Shown here: one piece after another, positions 1 through 11,763 of the stretch | Position numbering within the stretch: the first letter of the stretch is position 1 | Layout of the letters: each line of letters opens with the position of its first letter | Origin: Octopus sinensis | Taxonomy: Eukaryota | Assembly (NCBI RefSeq): GCF_006345805.1 | Contig: NC_043003.1 | Coordinates: forward strand, 116,126,001-116,190,000 | DNA: 64,000 bases | Reading direction: 5' to 3' | The notes under the pieces: model-generated | What the model was told of the DNA's origin: nothing | Databases searched by the model: none | What the model saw: the letters and a program-made list of their open reading frames with translations, nothing else | Program-made: the position numbers and the translations under genes

Positions 1-200
1 ATAACCATATTTTATCTCAGTAGATGACCACAGCATATTGTTTTGGCTACACGCGGGTGGGAAGGGGCTGTTGACACAATCGTTTCATTCACAAATTGAA
101 TTCGGTGATACCATTTGCGGATTCTAGCTCGCTCCATACTGAGTTGAGTTGGTGCCTCTTCTGTATCTCAAAATTCAATATATATCATTTATGATTATAG

Positions 201-310
201 TATTCTACGCTGAAGAGAAAAGAAGTTTCGGTAAGATAGAATTATTTATATTTAATATTTAATTCTTATGCTTTCCTAAAAACTTGATTTCGAAACGTCG
301 TCCGTGGATA
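201..310 (+). ncRNA. Type I hammerhead ribozyme, array copy 1 (stem III lacks one A)
   Basis: TATTCTACG-CTGAAGA-G...C-GAAA-CGTCG-TC|CGTGGATA; predicted cleavage after 302. Confidence 0.75.
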
Positions 311-794
311 CTAAAAAAATGTATGATAGATGCAGTCAATTCATTCTCTCTTACCTGTTTGTGTCTGCCTTCCAAATGCTGTTTTTACTGAGATCTCCCT
401 TTTTAGTAGAAGAAATAGCTATAACCCTTTGACTGCTATTTCTAAATTCGGTATGTGGTAAGGCAACTCGTTGCTAAACCCTTATTGCTTAGTATTACTT
501 AAATTTTCCTCGAATGAGGCTTTTACATGCCGAAGACTACTGTGTAATTGATAATTTTTCCAACTTAATTAATTTCACCCTTCATTATTACGGATAACCA
601 TATTTTATCTCAGTAGATGACCACAGCATCTTGTTTTGGCTACACGCGGGTGGGAAGGGGCTGTTGACACAATCGTTTCATTCACAAATTGAATTCGGTG
701 ATACCAGTTGCGGATTCTAGCTCGCTCTCATACTGAGTTGAGTTGGTGCCTTCTGGTATCTCAAAATTCAATATATAATCATTTATGATTATAG

Positions 795-905
795 TATTCT
801 ACGCTGAAGAGAAAAGAAGTTTCGGTAAGATAGAATTATTTATATTTAATATTTAATTCTTATGCTTTCCTAAAAACTTGATTTCGAAACGTACGTCCGT
901 GGATA
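795..905 (+). ncRNA. Type I hammerhead ribozyme with long stem II, array copy 2
   Basis: Stem I UAUUCUACG/CGUGGAUA; core CUGAAGA at 804-810; G811-C885 closes stem II; GAAA at 886-889; palindromic stem III ACGUACGU; GUC cleavage after 897. Confidence 0.85.
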
Positions 906-1389
906 ACTAAAAAAATGTATGATAGATTGAGTCAATTCATTCTCTCTTACCTGTTTGTGTCTGCCTTCCAAATGCTGTTTTTACTGAGATCTCCCTTTTT
1001 AGTAGAAGAAATAGCTATAACCCTTTGACTGCTATTTCTAAATTCGGTATGTGGTAAGGCAACTCGTTGCTAAACCCTTATTGCTTAGTATTACTTAAAT
1101 TTTCCTCGAATGAGGCTTTTACATGCCGAAGACTACTTGGTGTAATTGATAATTTTTCCAACTTAATTAATTTCACCCTTCATTATTACGGATAACCATA
1201 TTTTATCTCAGTAGATGACCACAGCATATTTTTTGGCTACACGCGGGTGGGAAGGGGCTGTTGACACATCGTTTCATTCACAAATTGAATTCGGTGATAC
1301 CAGTTGCGGATTCTAGCTCGCTCTGATACTGAGTTGAGTTGGTGCCTTCTGGTATCTCAAAATTCAATATATAATCATTATGATTATAG

Positions 1390-1501
1390 TATTCTACGCT
1401 GAAGAGAAAAGAAGTTTCGGTAAGATAGAATTATTTAATATTTAATATTTAATTCTTATGCTTTCCTAAAAACTTGATTTCGAAACGTACGTCCGTGGAT
1501 A
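1390..1501 (+). ncRNA. Type I hammerhead ribozyme with long stem II, array copy 3
   Basis: CUGAAGA at 1399-1405; stem II 1406-1481 (GAAA/UUUC, AAGUUU/AAACUU, AAG/CUU, AUA/UAU, GAAUU/AAUUC); GAAA at 1482-1485; cleavage after GUC 1493. Confidence 0.85.
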
Positions 1502-1989
1502 ACTAAAAAAATGTATGATACATTGCAGTCAATCATTCTCTCTTACCTGTTTGTGTCTGCCTTCCAAATGCTGTTTTTACTGAGATCTCCCTTTTTAGTA
1601 GAAGAAATAGCTATAACCCTTTGACTGCTATTTCTAAATTCGGTATGTGGTAAGGCAACTCGTTGCTAACCCTTATTGCTAGTATTACTTAAATTTTCCT
1701 CGAATGAGGCTTTTACATGCCGAAGACTACTTGGTGTAATGGATAATTTTTCCAACTTAATTAATTTCACCACCTTTCATTATTACGGATAACCATATTT
1801 TATCTCAGTAGATGACCACAGCATCTTGTTTTGGCTACACGCGGGTGGGAAGGGGCTGTTGACACAATCGTTTCATTCACAAATTGAATTCGGTGATACC
1901 ATTTGCGGATTCTAGCTCGCTCTGATACTGAGTTGAGTTGGTGCCTTCTGGTATCTCAAAATTCAATATATAATCATTTATGATTATAG

Positions 1990-2101
1990 TATTCTACGCT
2001 GAAGAGAAAAGAAGTTTCGGTAAGATAGAATTATTTAATATTTAATATTTAATTCTTATGCTTTCCTAAAAACTTGATTTCGAAACGTACGTCCGTGGAT
2101 A
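1990..2101 (+). ncRNA. Type I hammerhead ribozyme with long stem II, array copy 4
   Basis: Identical to copy 3 across the motif; cleavage after GUC 2093. Confidence 0.85.
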
Positions 2102-2390
2102 ACTAAAAAAATGTATGATAGATTGCAGTCAATTCATCTCTCTTACCTGTTTGTGTCTGCCTTCCAAATGCTGTTTTTACTGAGATCTCCCTTTTTAGTA
2201 AAAAATAGCTATAACACCTTTGACTGCTATTTCTAAATTCGGTATGTGGTAAGGCAACTCGTTGCTAACCCTTATTGCTTAGTATATATATTATATATAT
2301 ATATATATAAACAATTATAAGTAAGGGCAAAAAAAATTCACAATCCCAAAATAAATGCCGAAAATAGACACAAACGTCAATAACCATGTA

Positions 2391-2514
2391 ATTTATCACT
2401 ACAAGCACGTGTTTCGAAGAAAGCCGACAGAAATTTCTAAAAAAATCTCGTTATTACCATATCGACCCGATTTCAAGTTAGTCCGTAAGAACCTTCACTT
2501 CATCAGTGATAAAT
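2391..2514 (-). ncRNA. Hammerhead-like motif with long stem II in a (TA)n-flanked element (probably one C lost)
   Basis: Minus strand AUUUAUCA-CUGAUGA-(84 nt partly paired)-GAAA-CACGUGCUUG-UA-G-UGAUAAAU. Stem I arms are a perfect 8-bp match but are one nt out of register with the GUA site. Confidence 0.6.
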
Positions 2515-2542
2515 GCGGCAAAGAAATATGTGTATGTATATA

Positions 2543-2584
<42 letters not shown>

Positions 2585-2633
2585 TATATTATATATATAC
2601 ATATATATATATGTATATATATATTATATATAT

Positions 2634-2684
<51 letters not shown>

Positions 2685-4601
2685 GTATATATATATATAT
2701 ATATTATATATATACATATATATATATATATATACATACATACATACATATATTACCCATTTACAAAATTTCTTAGAGAAAATTTGTGATATAGATGCAA
2801 TATTTGAAGAAAGGTTTCCTTAAATTTTTAAATAATTGTGTGAAAGACAACTGGTAGGAATAAAACATGGAAGTTCAGAAAAAGTGTATCCAAACTTAGT
2901 AGAAAATAATGCCAAATGTTATCACAAAATAAAGCAAATGTTATCACAATATCTGCCGTGAGGAAAGACCCTCACGATGAGGCTGAATACAAAAGTAAAA
3001 ATATATTCCATTTCGGTTCCACTCCTAATCTTATGCCCCATAGCATCTTATATTTGACCAAAGGATATCTTTCAATTCTACATCTGTCAGCAAATCCCAG
3101 ATAAATTATTACAAAATTACAACTTATTAACATCTGGAAACAACGACTAAATTTTAAAAGACGGTTAAAGGTGAAATTTGTGTAAGGAAAAAATAATCCA
3201 GATAGGAAAATACTGAGACGGTTGTAGTGGCACGTGTGAACTGATTGAAGAAGGGCAACAGAAAAATATAAAATGGGTAGGAATTTGATGTTGATACAAA
3301 TATAAATTATCAAGCGAAATGTTTTATATATTTTATCTATTTTATCTCGTCCCCAAAATGTACCGTGCACTTTCTGGAGTGCATAAACAACAGATAAAGG
3401 GATCGTTTCCCAGAAATGTTCTACGTAGTAAACATCTAGACAATCGTGAAAATGGAATATTAATAACCCTAGATTCTAATGCAAACCGGAAATAGTAAGT
3501 TACGCAACTATAATCAACTTTTTTCTGTACAGATTACCCTAAGCTGTAAACTGTGAGAACGCTTACACAACGCGAAAACTTGCTTCAAAAATATTTGTGC
3601 CATTCTGTTTTCCCTTTTATTTTTTAAAATTTCTTATATGTAATTAACAATTTCAATTAAGATAATCTTTCTTCGAATTCATTACATAACATGAACATAC
3701 GTGATTATGTATGATACACACTCACACACATATACACACCCATACACATGTTTGTTGTTGGTTTATTTGATGTTGAGTTATACTACATACAATTCTACAT
3801 TAACCTGAAGAATTACCAATACTTGCATAGAGTATATAATTAATATGATTTTACAAGAAGGATAGTGACATCGATTTCGTCCTGTTAGACTTCGTCGAAG
3901 ATTACCAGGCCAAAATTTTAAAGGTTCTGCTTTTACTCTTCTTGGGAAACTAGAATTTCATTGTCCCAATATTTACCCATCTAATACAAAGAAATAAGTA
4001 AATGCCACAAATTGTTTACAGCTGTTAGGAAGGTTCTACGTGCACATAGCTGGGATTTTCTCCATTAAAACCAATCGAAATATTCTGGTGAATTGTGGTT
4101 TCCACAGCAGCTCCGTACATAACAAAGCATCCAAACCAGAAAAGATGTGTCCTCGACAGTTTTGTCTTTATTTTGATAATCTGCCCTATATTTATCATGC
4201 AAACCTCTATCGTCGTGTTATGTCATAATAATAGCGAGAAATTCTCAGTGGCTCATCATGGCTTCCTGATTATAATTAAAGCTGTCATCGTACTTTCAGT
4301 TTGTAATAATCTAATTTGCTTTGCCGTATTTTTCATAATACAGATGATTTGAAACTCATCCAACAACCATGAATGATGCTGAGATATTTGTATAGACGTC
4401 GACTGGCAAACTCTGCAATTTTACAAGATTCCTTTGGCCCCTAACCATCCAGTTGATGGACAACTAACAACATGTACATCATCTTTCAGATAAAGCATTT
4501 TCAAATGTGGTAACAACAGTAATGCTATATATCCTGCCATTCTATTCCAAGAAATCTTCCAGATTTGCTGATCAAAATATCATTCCTTTTCAAAAACAAT
4601 C

Positions 4602-5020
4602 TCTTTACTCTCTTTTACTTGTTTCAGTCATTTGACTGTGGCCATACTGGAGCACCGCCTTTAATCGAGCAAATCAACCCCAGGGCTTATTCTTTGTAAG
4701 CCTAGTACTTATTTTATTGGTCTCTTTTGCCGAACCGCTAAGTTACGGGGACGTCAACACACCAGCATCGGTTGTCAAGCGATGTTGGGGGGACAAACAC
4801 AGACACACAAACATATATACACACACATACATATATACATGCATATACGTATATACGACGGGCTTCTTTCAGTTTCCGCCTACCAAATCCACTCACCAAT
4901 TTTGGTCGGCCCGAGTTTATAGTAGAAGACATTTGCCCAAGGTGCCACATAGTGGGAATGAACCCGGAACCATGTGGTTGGTAAGCAAGCTACTTACCAC
5001 ACACCCACTCCTACGCCTAT
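4602..5020 (-). mobile_element. tRNA-derived SINE family A (octopod type)
   Basis: Minus-strand head ATAGGCGTAGGAGTGG...GGTTCATTCCC with A/B boxes, central CA/TA microsatellite, and 3' end GGTGCTCCAGTATGGCCACAGTCAAATGACTGAAACAAGTAAAAG; many copies in the window. Confidence 0.9.
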
Positions 5021-5199
5021 AAATCTCTAAAAATAATGGACGGTTAATATTAAACTAATGGTTGACCTAAACTAGGTGCCAACATTCTTGTTACCAACGA
5101 TAACACTATTCAGCGACGCTTACTGGTACTAATTCCAGTAATGGTATTATTTGCACAATTGCTATTACTACAACCGATCACCTTGCTCTCGTTCTTGCT

Positions 5200-5391
5200 T
5201 GCGTTTTTGCTGCTGTATCTGCTGCTGCTGCTGCCGCTGAGGTTGTGGTTACTTGAGATGGAGCTGAGATTATGCGGACCAATATCACTGTTGCTCATCA
5301 CTGACAAGGTACACACCATTATTCAAACAGGCACTGTGCAGGGAGCACTGCTGTTGCTGCTGCTGCTTCTACTACTACTACTACTACTAAA

Positions 5392-5429
<38 letters not shown>

Positions 5430-5560
5430 AACTACTACTACCACCACACCACTACTACTACTACTACTACTACTATTACTACTACTACTACTACCACTAC
5501 TAGTACTACTACTGCTGCTAATACTATTAATACTACCACTACTACTACCACTACTACTAT

Positions 5561-5591
<31 letters not shown>

Positions 5592-5637
5592 GCTGCTGCT
5601 ATCACTACAACTACTACCACTACTACTACTACTAATG

Positions 5638-5673
<36 letters not shown>

Positions 5674-5675
5674 TA
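5200..5675. repeat. Compound trinucleotide repeat (CTG)n/(CTA)n/(CCA)n
   Basis: Directly visible; accounts for the poly-L/S/V/Y ORFs. Confidence 0.95.
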
Positions 5676-5981
5676 CCCAATCGCTTCAAGTGTTTCCATT
5701 CATCCTCTTTTATCCTGACATTGCCACTTCTCCAGATGCTAAAACCAACTCTGTGGCTGATTCGTCAGATTACGAATGCATAAGCTGATCTCTGGTTTCT
5801 AATACTCAAGTTTGTTAACGTTAATCGGAAGAAGAAGAAGAATTTAATCGAAGTATACGTGGGTTTCATGAATTACGTTCACGATTAATTTCTTGTTTCT
5901 CATATCCATATTCTAAAATCTTATGGCGTGAACTACGTGCAAATATATGTCAATACACACACACATACATACATACATACA

Positions 5982-6015
<34 letters not shown>

Positions 6016-6357
6016 CATACATAAAATATATATGTGTGTGTGTGTGATTATATGTATGTATGTATGCATGTATGTATATATATATATATATATATATAAT
6101 TAATAATAATATTAGGGAGTAAATCCAAACTTACAGGGAAAAATTAGATTTAAGGTTAAATCCAATATATATATTTAAAAATTTATAAGTATAAATTATT
6201 AATCTAAATAATGTTTGAAATTTTAATTTTGAAATATTTTAAATTTTGAATTTTATATATTTATATATTTTTTATTATTTATTTTATTTCTATGTATTGG
6301 GTTATGATTTTCACTGTTTGATTTGCCTAATAGTGGTTTTATCTCTATTTTAATATA

Positions 6358-6398
<41 letters not shown>

Positions 6399-6862
6399 AA
6401 TATATGTATATATATATATATATGTACGTAGTTCACGTCAAAAGATTATATATATATATATATATACTTTCGAGATATGATAATGAAATTAAAGAATCAA
6501 TAAGTATATCGACGTTATTTTGAATATGTGGCAGATTTTAACACCGAGAAAGAAATGCACACATGGACAATGCGATAAGTATGTGTTAGTTTTAGACTCT
6601 TAAAAGCCGAAGCATCGCAGAGTTTCACACGCATCTGCACATTCTTGCACACATTATATTGGCATGTATATAAATACATATCTATATATATCCACATACA
6701 CATACACAAACATACACACACATATATATGTACATACACATAATTATATATATATATATATATATATAGTTTTACCTATATGCATAAATGCATACATTAG
6801 ATATTCATGTACATATATATATATGCATATATATATATATGTATATATGTATATCTATATAT

Positions 6863-6904
<42 letters not shown>

Positions 6905-7286
6905 CAACAGACGTTTGTGTATTATATTTCTGTATAGGAACAGGAATTCACATATGTATCATATATCTGTGTGAATTTTGTGTGCGTGTAGGTAGAGATA
7001 ATAACCATAAATTAACACATCATGTTCCAACAATTTCAGTGACGCGTAAGTCCAAATATACATATAATTAGACATTCTGTTGTAAAATCATAACATATAT
7101 ATATGTGAGTGTGTGTATGTGAGTGTGTGTATGTGTGTGTATACACACACACTCACGCACTTATATATATATATATATATTTGTGTATATAGGTACATAT
7201 ATATATATTTATATATATACAGATACACACATGTATCTATGTACATGTATACATATGGATATATACATATGTATATATTTATATAT

Positions 7287-7329
<43 letters not shown>

Positions 7330-7377
7330 TATATTATATATATATACATATAAAATACCTCGATTATATATATGTAT

Positions 7378-7453
<76 letters not shown>

Positions 7454-7989
7454 CATGTGCATATATATATGCACATATATATGCTTACATATATATATAG
7501 AGAGAGAGATGTGTATATGTGTGTGTATATATACGAATCATATTGTATACATATTAACAGTCACGTATAAGTTTGTGTCTGCTTGTATGTGTAAGTTTAT
7601 ATACGCATAGATAAATCATGAATAATTCTACATATAGTCACATATGCCAGGATAAATGACCAGATCTATATAAACCAACATACATACGTCAAAGAATATA
7701 CATGAAAAGAAACGGTTGTAACGGTCGGTTGCGTCTGAAGCATCGTCTTTTAAGAGAGCTTTTAGAAGTTTTCTTTGAACATTTCCTAATGTTAGAGTAC
7801 TAACCAGCGAGGTGTGACACTTTCGCTATAGACCAATGTTGAGGAAATAAGTTGATTAAAGAATGTGAAGATGTGAGATTCGTTTATTCAAATAATCAGC
7901 TACAGCAAACGTCAATATCATAGATCATTTTCAGTTTAGATTCTACTGTCTTTATATTGACAGTTGTTCGATCAGCTTGCAGAATATTA

Positions 7990-8130
7990 TCTCTGGTTCT
8001 AGATAGTTATAGATAGGAAGAGGGGCGGAGGTAAAGATAGGAAAGGTAGGAGGTAAAGGTAGGAAAAATAGGAGGTAAAGATAGGAAAGGCGGAGGTAGA
8101 GATAGGAAGAGGGGCGGAGGTAAAGATAAA
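7990..8130. repeat. Imperfect purine-rich minisatellite (GATAGGAAAGGCGGAGGTAAA-like units)
   Basis: Repeated GATAGGAA...GGAGGTAAA blocks. Confidence 0.7.
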
Positions 8131-8636
8131 CAGAAAGGCAAACAGACAATGAGAGTGACGTTGTGATAGTCTGAGTCAGTGTGATATCTTCACGAATCTG
8201 TGTGCATGCATACATATTCCTATATGCGTATGTGTATGCGCGTATATATATATACACACACATAAAGTATATACAGTACGAATGTAGAAATATACCTAAA
8301 ATATGTCACTTTTATATACACAATTTCCACGTATCTCATTCATGCAAAGATGTTTCTGTCACATGATATTCATTGGGCTTGTATACAGAAGCATACAGAG
8401 AGAGTAAAGCAGAAATCTGTTTATATTTTTTTAATGAAATAATTGCAAAAAGCAACGGTATCAACAGATCTTATTTAAATATAGATTGCAATGAATGTCA
8501 CGCGGAATCGAGATAACAATATCATGGTATCGTACTTCATGGCCGAACGGTAGGGTGTATTTTATCCAAATCATGTTGGCTTGGATTGAAACTCACGTGG
8601 CCGTTTCTTCGATGAATATATATATATATATATATA

Positions 8637-9047
8637 CTCTTTTACTCTTTTACTCTTATATTTGTTTCAGTCATTGGACTGCAGCCATGCTGGAGCACCG
8701 CCTCTAGTCGAGAAAATCGCCCCCAGGACTTATCTTTTCTAAGCCTAATACTTATTCTATCGGTCTCTTCCGCTGAACTGCTAGGTTACGGGGACGTAAA
8801 CACACTAGCATCGGTTGTCATGCGATGTTGGGTGGGTGGGACAAACACAGACACACAAACATATATATATATATATACATATATACGACGGGCTTCTTTC
8901 AGTTTCCGTCTACCAAATCCACTCACAAGGCTTTGGTCGGCCGAGGCTATTAGAAGGCACTTGCCCAAAGTGCCACGCAGTGGGACTGAACCCGGAACCA
9001 TGTGGTTGGTAAGCAAGCTATTACCACACAGCCACTCCTGCGCCTAT
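8637..9047 (-). mobile_element. SINE family A, full length
   Basis: Same head, body and tail as 4602-5020. Confidence 0.9.
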
Positions 9048-9339
9048 ATATGTATATATATATATATATATAATATATATATATATATACATATATAACA
9101 TATGTCAAGAAATAAACGATTACCTTTTTAATTTCACTACTACACGGTTGTTTCCGCTATAGGATGCAGTGGACTCATAATTGAATCAGAATAAAGTAGC
9201 TTATTTTTGGGATTAGTTTCACACTAAAACATTTACGAATTAGAAACCATTACAGTATAGGACTATATCTCGTATATCACAGGATCTAACAGAAAAAAAA
9301 ATCCTGTTGGACTTTTTAAGCATATGAAACCTTTGGCAC

Positions 9340-10050
9340 GTGATGAGGGATGATGCGCAATAATCTGCAGACCAACAATTTCAAGCGATGAAAAATATTG
9401 TACCGACACTTATATTTGCTTCATCTCAATTTGGACGGTGACTGCTAACATCACTATATTATCATCTGAATTGGTGAGCACGTTAGTACTTTATCCCACC
9501 AACCATCCTGATCATTATCCTGACGAAACTCTTTACTGTTTCTTTCTGAAAACCATGAGTCGTCGCCGAGGTTTCCTCTCACTTGCTCATAAAAACAATC
9601 TTTAGAATGTAACATTTGAAATAACATCGTCTGCATCTCGGTGGTAGTAGCAAATATTAGAACGAGACCTTCGAAGACCGAAGTGGAGAGGGCCCAGTGC
9701 CAATGGCGGTCGAGCACATACCAGTCGGTCCTAAGAAGCTAGTGAAAGCTCCTTGAAAGGCGCCGGGTCTATAGTCGTCTCAGTCGAACAAACGAACGAA
9801 CACATCTTAAGTTAAACGGGTTAATATTCCCGAAACCGAACTTGAAGAGTGCCCGTTCGCCAGCGGGGTGCGATGCACTCCTTGCGCATCCGTCGTCGAC
9901 GCCGACGGTCACTTGAAGCAGTTGCAAGCCGGGAAGAGTTCTCTCTTCTTCGTAAAGGACCGTGTCCATTAAATCTGCTCGTCCAGAGATATGTATATGA
10001 TGGCTGAAGAATGCCGCGTGTCGGAAGAAAAGTTTGTCTGTATTTTCCAG
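9340..10050 (+). pseudogene. Possible decayed LDLa/CUB-domain coding relic
   Basis: GC-richer island. Plus-frame fragments SSDEKYC, YPTNHPDHYPDETLYCFFL, ECPFASGVRCTPC and RYVYDG..EEC..SEEKF resemble LDLa and CUB motifs; many stops and frameshifts. Confidence 0.3.
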
Positions 10051-10104
10051 CCATTTTGTTATCTAGACAGCAATATATATATATATATATAATATCTATA
10101 CTAT

Positions 10105-10136
<32 letters not shown>

Positions 10137-11179
10137 GGTATGTTTTGTATGTAGGTGTATAATAGACTAGTCTTCTAAGCGTGTAGACATGAATCTGTAG
10201 GTACGCGTACGTATGTGTATATATGTGAATGTATGTAGATGTATGTATGTATGAATATACGCGTACGTGCGCGTATGTGTATGAGTGTGCGAATGAGTGA
10301 GTGTGCGTGCTAATGAGTGTGCGTGCGTGAGTGAGTGCTTGTGTTCAAGTAGAAAGATAAATGGACTTGCTGTCGTAGCCAAGATGCTTGTGACAGCGGT
10401 CAAAGATAACAAAAGAATAAATGAAGATAATAAAATTAAAATAGAGATGGGTTTGTATTGTATGTATTATATATATGTGTGTATGTGTAGGTATGTATAG
10501 GTACACATATGTATATATATATATATATATGTAATATATGTATATAGTGTGTATATGTATATATGTGTATATAGGGACTTGTGTGTTGTGTGTGCATGTG
10601 TGTATGTGGATATGTGTGTGTATGTGTGTATGTGTATGTATGTGTGTGTATGTATATATTTTTTTGTGTGTATATGTATATGCATTGTGTGTGTAATATT
10701 ATATATATATATTTATTATATATATATTGTAGATATACGTATGTATATTATGTGTATGTATATATGTGTGTGTGTGTATGTATGTGTGTATGTATATATG
10801 TGTGTGATGTTGTGTATATGTATACATATGTGTATAGGTATAAGTGAGAATCTCCTTATTTACCTAAAACTCTATTCTTCTATATATTTTATTTATTTTT
10901 TTTTATTCTTTATCTAATTTACCACTGACTCCTTGACCACTCCCCAAGTATGATATTTTTGCGCTATGCCTACCAAAAAGTCCCCCACCACCACCCCTTT
11001 TAACCTGCCTAAATGTATAAATGCCAATACAATTCTTGTTAACTAGCTCCTGAAAATTTCTCTTGAATGAAACAGTTCTAGTCCTGTAGAAGCAGCTCCT
11101 TCTATATATAAATTAATTTTACTCTGCTATGTATTGAGTACCTTATTTACTGTGGTTAACCCCGAATCAACCCGGGACC

Positions 11180-11221
<42 letters not shown>

Positions 11222-11310
11222 TATATATATATATATATATATAATATATGCATTAATAAATATGTTTTATTTGGAGTGGGCAATCAGTGAAGCAATATAT
11301 CTCTGATGAT

Positions 11311-11342
<32 letters not shown>

Positions 11343-11350
<8 letters not shown>

Positions 11351-11763
11351 TCTTTTACTTGTTTCAGTCATTTGACTGCGGCCATGCTGGAGCACCGGCT
11401 TTTGTCGAGCAAATCGACACCGGGACTTATTCTTTGTAAGCCCAGTACTTATTCTATCGGCTCTCTTTTTGCCGAACCGCTAAGTGACGGGGACGTAAAC
11501 ACACCAGCATCGGTTGTCAAGCAATGCTAGAGGGACAAACACAGACACACAAACACACACATACACACATATATACATACATATATATACACATATACGA
11601 CAGGCTTCTTTCAGTTTCCGTCTACCAAATCCACTCACAAGGCATTGGTCGGCCCGGGGCTATAGCAGAAGACACTTGCCCAAGATGTCACGCAGTGGGA
11701 CTGAACCCTGAACCATATGGTTGTTTAGCAAGCTACTTACCACACAGTCACTCCTGCGCCTAT
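11343..11763 (-). mobile_element. SINE family A, full length
   Basis: Same diagnostic segments as the other copies. Confidence 0.9.

Larger units (their letters stand above)
1..2283 (+). repeat. ~597-bp tandem array (>=3.8 units), each unit carrying a hammerhead ribozyme; retrozyme/PLE-pLTR-like
   Basis: Unit start ATAACCATATTTTATCTCAG recurs at 1, 594, 1192 and 1789. Copies differ mostly by 1-nt indels. The array runs off the left edge and ends at the (TA)n tract at 2284. Confidence 0.95.

Noticed and set aside
951-1398. Apparent ~450-nt minus-strand exon per array unit (CTTTTCTCTTCAG acceptor, CAG|GTAAGA donor)
   Set aside because: All three frames of the consensus contain several stops, and the acceptor tract is the reverse complement of the hammerhead core; coincidental.
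2506-2823. YI/IY-rich and similar ORFs throughout the track
   Set aside because: Translations of (TA)n, (CA)n, (AAT)n and (GATA)n microsatellites.
3860-3905. Minus-strand UCGACGA-A-GUC..GAC-GAAAUCGAUG hammerhead-like string
   Set aside because: Core altered, G at the cleavage position and no stem I.
5917-6449. ~24-bp imperfect inverted pair (AATCTTATGGCGTGAACTACGTGC / GTACGTAGTTCACGTCAAAAGATT)
   Set aside because: Short and imperfect with no TSD; cannot be called an element.
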